Below, piece after piece: positions 58,618 to 64,000 of a stretch of 64,000 bases of DNA; within the stretch, counting starts at the first letter, position 1, and each line of letters opens with the position of its first letter. This stretch comes from Sumerlaeia bacterium. Its GTDB lineage: Bacteria; Sumerlaeota; Sumerlaeia; SLMS01; JAHLLQ01. Under the pieces are notes generated by a model that worked only from the letters and a program-made list of their open reading frames with translations, made no database searches and was not told where the DNA came from. The position numbers were made by a program, and so were the translations under genes. The stretch lies in assembly GCA_040219255.1 (NCBI GenBank), contig JAVJSW010000069.1, forward strand, positions 1 through 64,000. The letters run 5' to 3'.

Positions 58618-60276
58618 TTAGTCGAAGTGCTCGTCGCGCGGTCCGTCGCCTTCGTCGAGGGGGGCGAAGCCGTGGCGCATCAGGTTTTCCGTGGCGCTGC
58701 GGGCGACCAGGAATTGTTTCAGGTAATCGGGGCCGCCAGCTTTCGAGCCGATGCCGCTCATGCGGAAGCCGCCGAAGGGCTGGCGGCCGACGATGGCGCC
58801 GGTGATGGTGCGGTTCAGGTACAGGTTGCCGCATTGCAGGCGCGTCTTGGCCGCTTCCAGGTGCTCCAGGGTGCGGCTGTGCACGCCGCCGGTAAGGGCG
58901 TAATCGGTGCCGTTGGCGATCTCGAGAGCGTGGTCGAAATCGCGGGCTTTGATCACGGCGAGCACCGGACCGAAGACTTCTTCCTGCGCCAGACGCGCGT
59001 CCGGCGCGACGTCCGTGAACACGGCGGGTGGGACAAAGTGGCCCTTTTCAGCCAGTTCGCCCACTTCCGCGACATACAATTCCGTGCCTTCTTCGCGGCC
59101 GATGGCGATGTATTCGAGAACCTTGGCCTTGGCGTCTTCGTCGATGACCGCGTTGACCTGGCAGCCGGGGTCGGTGGAGGGGGCGATCTTCAGGCTGGCG
59201 ACGCCTTCGCGCAGGCGCGGTAGCAGTTCGTCGTACACGTCCTCGACGACGATGAGGCGCGAGCAGGCGGAGCACTTCTGGCCCGAGAAGCCATAGGCGC
59301 TGTACAGCACGTCGGGGATGACCGAGTCGAGGTCGGCGCTGCTGTCCACGATCAGGGCGTTTTTGCCGCCCATTTCAGCGACGACGCGTTTGACGAAGCG
59401 CTGGCCCGGCCGCACCGTGTTGCATTCCTTGAGGATATGAAGGCCGACTTCGCGGCTGCCGGTGAAGGCGATCATCTGGACGTCGGTGCTTTCGAGGAGA
59501 CGCTGGCCGCAAACTTCGCCTCGCCCCGGCAGGTAGTTGACGACGCCGCGCGGGAGGCCGCAGTCCTCCATGATCTTCATCACCAGGTGGGCGATCAGGG
59601 GGGTTTGCTCCGCCGGTTTCCACACTACGGTGTTTCCGGCGGCGACGGCGGCGGCCATCATGCCCACGGGAATGGCCATGGGGAAGTTCCAGGGGCCGAT
59701 GACGCCGACGACGCCGAGGGCTTGATAGTACAGTTCGTTGCGTTCGCCGAGGACGTGGCGCTGGAGGGGCCGGCGCTCGCCAAGGCGCAGTGCCTCTCGG
59801 GCGTAGTATTCGAGGAAGTCGATGGCTTCGCAGGTGTCGGCGTCGGCTTCGCGCCAAGGCTTGGCGGCCTCATGCACCATCAGGGCGGAGAGTTCGTCGC
59901 GGCGCTGGCGGCAGACCTCGGCGGCCTTGAGGAGGAACGCCGCGCGGTCACCGGCGTCGGTCTGGCTCCAGGAAGCGAAGGCATTCTTGGCGGCGGCGAT
60001 GGTGCGGTCGGTGTCCTCGATGCCGGCGGAGCCGCTTTCGCCGACGACGAGGCTGGTGTCGTTGGGCGATCGGACGGCGATGACTTCCTTGGTGCGAACC
60101 GGCTTGCCGTCGATCACGAGGGGGGCGTCGAGCGGGAAGCGCTCGCGAAGTTTGGCGATGGCGTTGCGGAAATCTTCGCGGACGGCGGCACGGGAGAAGT
60201 CGCGCACCGGCTCGTTGCGGAATTCCGCAAGGGGGGTTTTGCTCAGTTCGACATGGTTGGCGACAGCGGTGGTCAT
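58618..60276 (-). CDS. Delta-1-pyrroline-5-carboxylate dehydrogenase (PutA C-terminal half)
   Basis: FRNEP, EAIDFLEYY, PWNFP, FTGS, EMGGKN, GQKCSA, QPFGGF..GGPDYL; start MTTAVAN. Confidence 0.92.
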   Translation of the reverse strand: MTTAVANHVELSKTPLAEFRNEPVRDFSRAAVREDFRNAIAKLRERFPLDAPLVIDGKPVRTKEVIAVRSPNDTSLVVGESGSAGIEDTDRTIAAAKNAFASWSQTDAGDRAAFLLKAAEVCRQRRDELSALMVHEAAKPWREADADTCEAIDFLEYYAREALRLGERRPLQRHVLGERNELYYQALGVVGVIGPWNFPMAIPVGMMAAAVAAGNTVVWKPAEQTPLIAHLVMKIMEDCGLPRGVVNYLPGRGEVCGQRLLESTDVQMIAFTGSREVGLHILKECNTVRPGQRFVKRVVAEMGGKNALIVDSSADLDSVIPDVLYSAYGFSGQKCSACSRLIVVEDVYDELLPRLREGVASLKIAPSTDPGCQVNAVIDEDAKAKVLEYIAIGREEGTELYVAEVGELAEKGHFVPPAVFTDVAPDARLAQEEVFGPVLAVIKARDFDHALEIANGTDYALTGGVHSRTLEHLEAAKTRLQCGNLYLNRTITGAIVGRQPFGGFRMSGIGSKAGGPDYLKQFLVARSATENLMRHGFAPLDEGDGPRDEHFD

Positions 60277-60298
60277 GGCTGGGGTCCTCGTTGCGGGG

Positions 60299-60766
60299 TC
60301 AGGCGGATTCAAGCTGGGTGAGTTGGCGGAACAGCGCGTCGCCGTCGAACACGGTGTCGATATCGAAAGCCTCGACGGCGTCGAGGAACTGCTCGGGCGG
60401 ACGGTAGCCGTGATTCTCGATGAAGTGGGCGATGAGCGACGGGGCGGCGAAGACGTAGCCCCCATGGGCCGGGACCCAGATTTCACCGTGGCTGTGGGGG
60501 GCGGTGTCGGAACCGGCGAGGCGCGCGTCGGTGAGGTTCGAGGGGGTCTGCTCCGATTCCTGGGCGCAGAAGCCGCAGCGGCAGGCGCGGCGTGTCAGAC
60601 GGCACTCGCGGCGGTTGATGATGTGGCGAATCTTGACGATCGTAATCGGATCGACGCGGCCGCGGTCGAAGTCGTGGCGCGCGTCGAGCCATCCCACATT
60701 GAAGACGTTCTTCAGGGGGCGGTTCAGGTTATAGCTGTAGTAGGACAAATCGGGAGCCCAGGCCAT
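60299..60766 (-). CDS. Hypothetical protein (possibly DUF7919-like) between the PutA halves
   Basis: DLSYYSY, NVGWLD, CxC/CxxC, GEIWVP, AAPSLIAHFI..HGYRPP; GGAGG RBS. Confidence 0.75.
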   Translation of the reverse strand: MAWAPDLSYYSYNLNRPLKNVFNVGWLDARHDFDRGRVDPITIVKIRHIINRRECRLTRRACRCGFCAQESEQTPSNLTDARLAGSDTAPHSHGEIWVPAHGGYVFAAPSLIAHFIENHGYRPPEQFLDAVEAFDIDTVFDGDALFRQLTQLESA

Positions 60767-60792
60767 GGGTCCGTCCTCCTCTCGGTCGTGGA

Positions 60793-62274
60793 TCAGGCTT
60801 TTGGGTCAGCGAGCAGTTTGTCTTCCGCCACGCCATCGGCGAAACGCTGGCGCAGGAAACTGTCGTTGGCGGTGTTTTCCAGGATGCGACGCACTAAATA
60901 GGCCATACCCGGGACGATTTCGCCTGTCGGTACATAAATGCGCACCGGCAGACCCATATCGCGCAAGGCGAAGAGGATGGGACCGGCCATTCCGAAGAGC
61001 ATCTGCATCTCGAACTGGCTCGATGGGACTTTCATTTCCTTCTTGAGAGCCAACGCATGGGCAATGGAGCGCACATTGTGGCTGGCGATGGCGGTGCGAA
61101 CGATGTCGTGGCTGCTCAGCAGAAGACGCGTCATGCGCTCGTAATTGGCGTCAGTGTCGCGCTTGCGGGTGTAGACGGGGATTTCCCACCCGCGCTGCTT
61201 GGCCCAGATTTGCTCGCTGTCCCAATAGGCGCCCTTGACCAGGCGAAGGGTCATCGGCTGCTCCTTGGCCCGAAGCCAGTCGATGAAGGCGGCGGTGTTC
61301 TGGTAGCTGTCGCGCAGATAGGCCTGGATGACGGTGCCGATGTGCTCGAAGCCGGCGAACTCCTCTTCCGAGAGGAGACGCTTGATGATCTCCAGGGTCA
61401 TATCGCGGTACTCGTACTTCTCCATGTCGACATTGACGAAGGCACCCGTTTCCTGGGCCGCGCGGAAGAGCGGGCGCAGGCGGGCGAGGACCGATTTGGC
61501 GGTGCCTTCTTCGTCCATCGGGTCGAATTTCGAAGTGAGCGACGAGAGTTTGATGGAGATATTGACGCGGGGGTTTTCGCCGCGCCGTTCGGCGCTCTTG
61601 CCGGGTTCAGAACCAAGCAGGCGCGAGAGGCCGCGGATCATATCCTCGTAGCGCTGGGCGAATTCGTCGGCCTGGGCTTCGGAGGCGACAAACTCGCCAA
61701 GCAAATCGAGGCTGAAGAGGAAACCCTGGCGTTCCTGACCATGGATGCGGGGGGCGACTTCCTCGGGGGTTTGGCCGGCGATGAATTGCTTGCCCATGGT
61801 CTGGATGCCGAAGCGGCTGGCCCAGGCGATCGGCGCGTGGGTCAGCCGGCGGTCGCGGCCGATGGCGCGGGCGGTGCCCGTCAGAGGGGTGGTTCCCTGG
61901 TGCAGATCGAGGGCGGAGTTGTTGAGGTATTCGTTGAGGTGCTGGGCGATTTTGGCGGGGGAGCGCAGCGCCGGATAGACGTCGACGAAACGGAGCATGC
62001 GGTACTTGAGCTCTTCGTCCTTCATGAGGACGCCCATCATGGCTTTCTCCAGCCGCTGGCGGGAGATGAGGGAGGATTCGAACTGGCGGACGCGGCGGAA
62101 CAGGGATCGCCCGATTCGCTGCGTTTCTTCTTCCAGGGTCTTCTGGTCCACGGGAGCGTTCAAGGACCGCAAAATAGTGTCGTTGAAGGGGGCGATGCCG
62201 CGGTCCTCCCGGCGTTCGGCCTGAGCCGGGACGTATCGCGAGATCGGTTCCGCATGAGGAATCATGACGCTCAT
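60793..62274 (-). CDS. Proline dehydrogenase (PutA N-terminal half)
   Basis: SLDLLGE, SIKLS, NVDME, QAYL, RLVKGAYWD, ASHN, EMQMLFGM, YLVRRILEN; strong AGGAGG RBS. Confidence 0.92.
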   Translation of the reverse strand: MSVMIPHAEPISRYVPAQAERREDRGIAPFNDTILRSLNAPVDQKTLEEETQRIGRSLFRRVRQFESSLISRQRLEKAMMGVLMKDEELKYRMLRFVDVYPALRSPAKIAQHLNEYLNNSALDLHQGTTPLTGTARAIGRDRRLTHAPIAWASRFGIQTMGKQFIAGQTPEEVAPRIHGQERQGFLFSLDLLGEFVASEAQADEFAQRYEDMIRGLSRLLGSEPGKSAERRGENPRVNISIKLSSLTSKFDPMDEEGTAKSVLARLRPLFRAAQETGAFVNVDMEKYEYRDMTLEIIKRLLSEEEFAGFEHIGTVIQAYLRDSYQNTAAFIDWLRAKEQPMTLRLVKGAYWDSEQIWAKQRGWEIPVYTRKRDTDANYERMTRLLLSSHDIVRTAIASHNVRSIAHALALKKEMKVPSSQFEMQMLFGMAGPILFALRDMGLPVRIYVPTGEIVPGMAYLVRRILENTANDSFLRQRFADGVAEDKLLADPKA

Positions 62275-62681
62275 GGCGGCCCTCCTTTCCAAGAATGGGA
62301 TCGCGGCGGTGCGCGGGGGCGAAGCAGTGCGCCCGAGTGTCTGAGCTTTACATAAAGGTTCGGTGAGATTTCAAATACCTGAGCGGAGAGGCGGCAAAAA
62401 TAATCTAAGACGTCGAGCGGGTACGGCAGGGCCTGAATTTGGACCGATGCCCGCCCGGCAGCCCGGAAACCGGCCCTCTCCACGCACCCAAGTTAGCGGC
62501 ACCGCCCCTTTGTTTTCAACCTTTTTGGCCGCATCGAGGGAAGAACGAAGAGAATCTTCGAAAGCGCCTCTTTGAAAATCCATCGATAATTCCCCTCGGG
62601 CCGGGAAGCCTCCGCACGTCCCAGCTTTTTTTTGTTATCTCGCGGATGAACCTGCCGGCCCACCGTTGCGCGGACATAACC

Positions 62682-62725
62682 GATTGCAATCATTGACTTT
62701 ACGCGATTTTGGACCGCTCTATAAT
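62682..62725 (+). promoter_or_regulatory. Sigma70-type promoter with upstream palindrome
   Basis: TTTACG-16 nt-TATAAT (62698-62725); perfect palindrome GATTGCAATC at 62682-62691. Confidence 0.5.
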
Positions 62726-62869
62726 TCTTCCTTACAAGTGAATTCGCAGAAAACGAAGGGATTTTTTGAGTGCCCCAAGCTCAGTACCTTGATGTTTTCT
62801 CCGTTCGTTTCTAGCGTTCGGTTCACAGACCCATTCCCACACACTTCCCACCGAAAGGGGTCCCCACCC

Positions 62870-64000
62870 ATGGATCGATTCTTCAAACTGGCGCCCGGCG
62901 CTTTGGCCTTCTCCCTGGCGGCTTCCGTCTCGCTTGCGATCACCCAGGAAAGCGAAAACAACGACACCGACAAGAGCGCCGACGGGCCGCTCGTGTCGGG
63001 CACGACGGTGGCCGGCGATCTGGGCCGCAACGACGTCGATTGGTTCACCCTGGATGTCGCCGCTGGCACGATTTCCATCAGCCTGAATCACCACAATCGC
63101 GACGATTTCGACTGGTACCTGTTTCCGGCATCCGGTGGTTACGTGGCCAGTGGCGCCACCAGCTCGAACCCGGAAACGGGCAGCTACACCGCTAGCGCTG
63201 GCACCTACTTCATCAAGGTCGAAGCCTACCGTGGACGCGGCTGGTACGACCTGAACGTGACCTTTTCCGAGGACTCCGGCGGCGGCGGCGGCGACCCGGG
63301 CGGCGGCGGCGGCGGAACCTGCGATTACGGCACCCGCCCCAGCAAACCCGGCGGCCTGACCAATTACCTCGATGGCAGCTCGGCCGATGTCTGCGTCGAT
63401 CCGATGACGGGCCCCGGCATTCTGCTGATGGGCGGCAACTTCGACATCGACGAAGCGTTCACCACCTACGCGGCTCCCATCGTGGACGGTGGCGACGTGG
63501 TGGTCCTGCGAGCCAGCGGCTCCGACGGCTACAACAACTACTTGATGAACCTGCTCAATCCGGACTCGGTGGAGACGCTGGTGCTCGATAGTGTCTCCGA
63601 CGCCAACAGCACCTACGCCGATTGGGTGATCCGCTCGGCCGAGATGGTTTATATCGCCGGTGGCGACCAGACCGATTACATCGACTTCTGGAAGGGCACT
63701 GCCACGGAAGACGCCATCCGCCACGTCTATGAAAAGGGCGGCGTCGTGGGCGGCATCAGCGCCGGTTGCGCCATCATGGGCGAATTCGTTTACGCCCCCA
63801 CCGGTTATGGCGTGTACAGTAGCGAAGCCATCAGCGATCCCTGCCATCAGTACATGTCGGAAATCACGACGGATTTCCTGAACCTGCCGCTGGGCAACGA
63901 CATCATCACCGACACGCACTTCGCTCAGCGCGACCGCATGGGCCGCCTGTTGGTCTTCATGGCGCGCATCCGCGAGGCCAGCCTCTCGCCCACCAGCGGC
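62870..64000 (+). CDS. Secreted cyanophycinase-like peptidase (S51) with N-terminal PPC-type domain; runs off window
   Basis: Not in the ORF track. Manual translation MDRFFKLAPGALAFSLAASVSLA.., PPC-like DVDWF..DFDWYL..GTYFIKV, Gly linker, LLMGG, IAGGDQ, nucleophile GGISAG, DTHFAQRDRMGRL. Confidence 0.85.
   Translation, partial: MDRFFKLAPGALAFSLAASVSLAITQESENNDTDKSADGPLVSGTTVAGDLGRNDVDWFTLDVAAGTISISLNHHNRDDFDWYLFPASGGYVASGATSSNPETGSYTASAGTYFIKVEAYRGRGWYDLNVTFSEDSGGGGGDPGGGGGGTCDYGTRPSKPGGLTNYLDGSSADVCVDPMTGPGILLMGGNFDIDEAFTTYAAPIVDGGDVVVLRASGSDGYNNYLMNLLNPDSVETLVLDSVSDANSTYADWVIRSAEMVYIAGGDQTDYIDFWKGTATEDAIRHVYEKGGVVGGISAGCAIMGEFVYAPTGYGVYSSEAISDPCHQYMSEITTDFLNLPLGNDIITDTHFAQRDRMGRLLVFMARIREASLSPTSG

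Noticed and set aside
63276-63315. GGC trinucleotide runs
   Set aside because: They encode the Gly-rich interdomain linker of the S51 protein.

Overview
High-GC bacterial chromosomal segment. Lineage is not determinable without a search; a dockerin-like C-terminal tail and the gene content are reminiscent of Candidatus Sumerlaeota/BRC1 (inference only). The centre (24.9-42.9 kb, minus strand) is the tuf-S10-spc-alpha ribosomal protein supercluster, complete except that rpsN (S14) is missing from its usual place and tuf has no fusA/rpsG/rpsL upstream, only a ~350-nt structured leader. The left arm holds tandem secreted paralogs beside an IS3-like scar, rdgC, trkAH, proC, an XRE/DUF6166 divergent pair, orphan CoxM/CoxS-type subunits, a GNAT, a 1935-aa hybrid kinase fusing a whole phosphorelay to a PP2C phosphatase, a PHP hydrolase, pdxB, a TlpA fusion and a BtpA/SgcQ gene. 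The right arm holds two TMTC-like TPR membrane proteins, ggt, low-GC membrane paralogs, engB, a methyltransferase, an LD-carboxypeptidase, a Ser/Thr kinase, a Xer recombinase, and an arginine/proline catabolic cluster (cyanobacterial-type ArgZ/AgrE plus a PutA split in two around an extra ORF) divergent from a secreted cyanophycinase-like gene. Five intergenic elements (four clear, one degenerate) are bounded by inverted 20-28-bp periodic CACAGAG-type arms with unrelated AT-rich interiors. No rRNA, tRNA or CRISPR array was recognised. All family assignments come from motif recognition by eye, not database searches.
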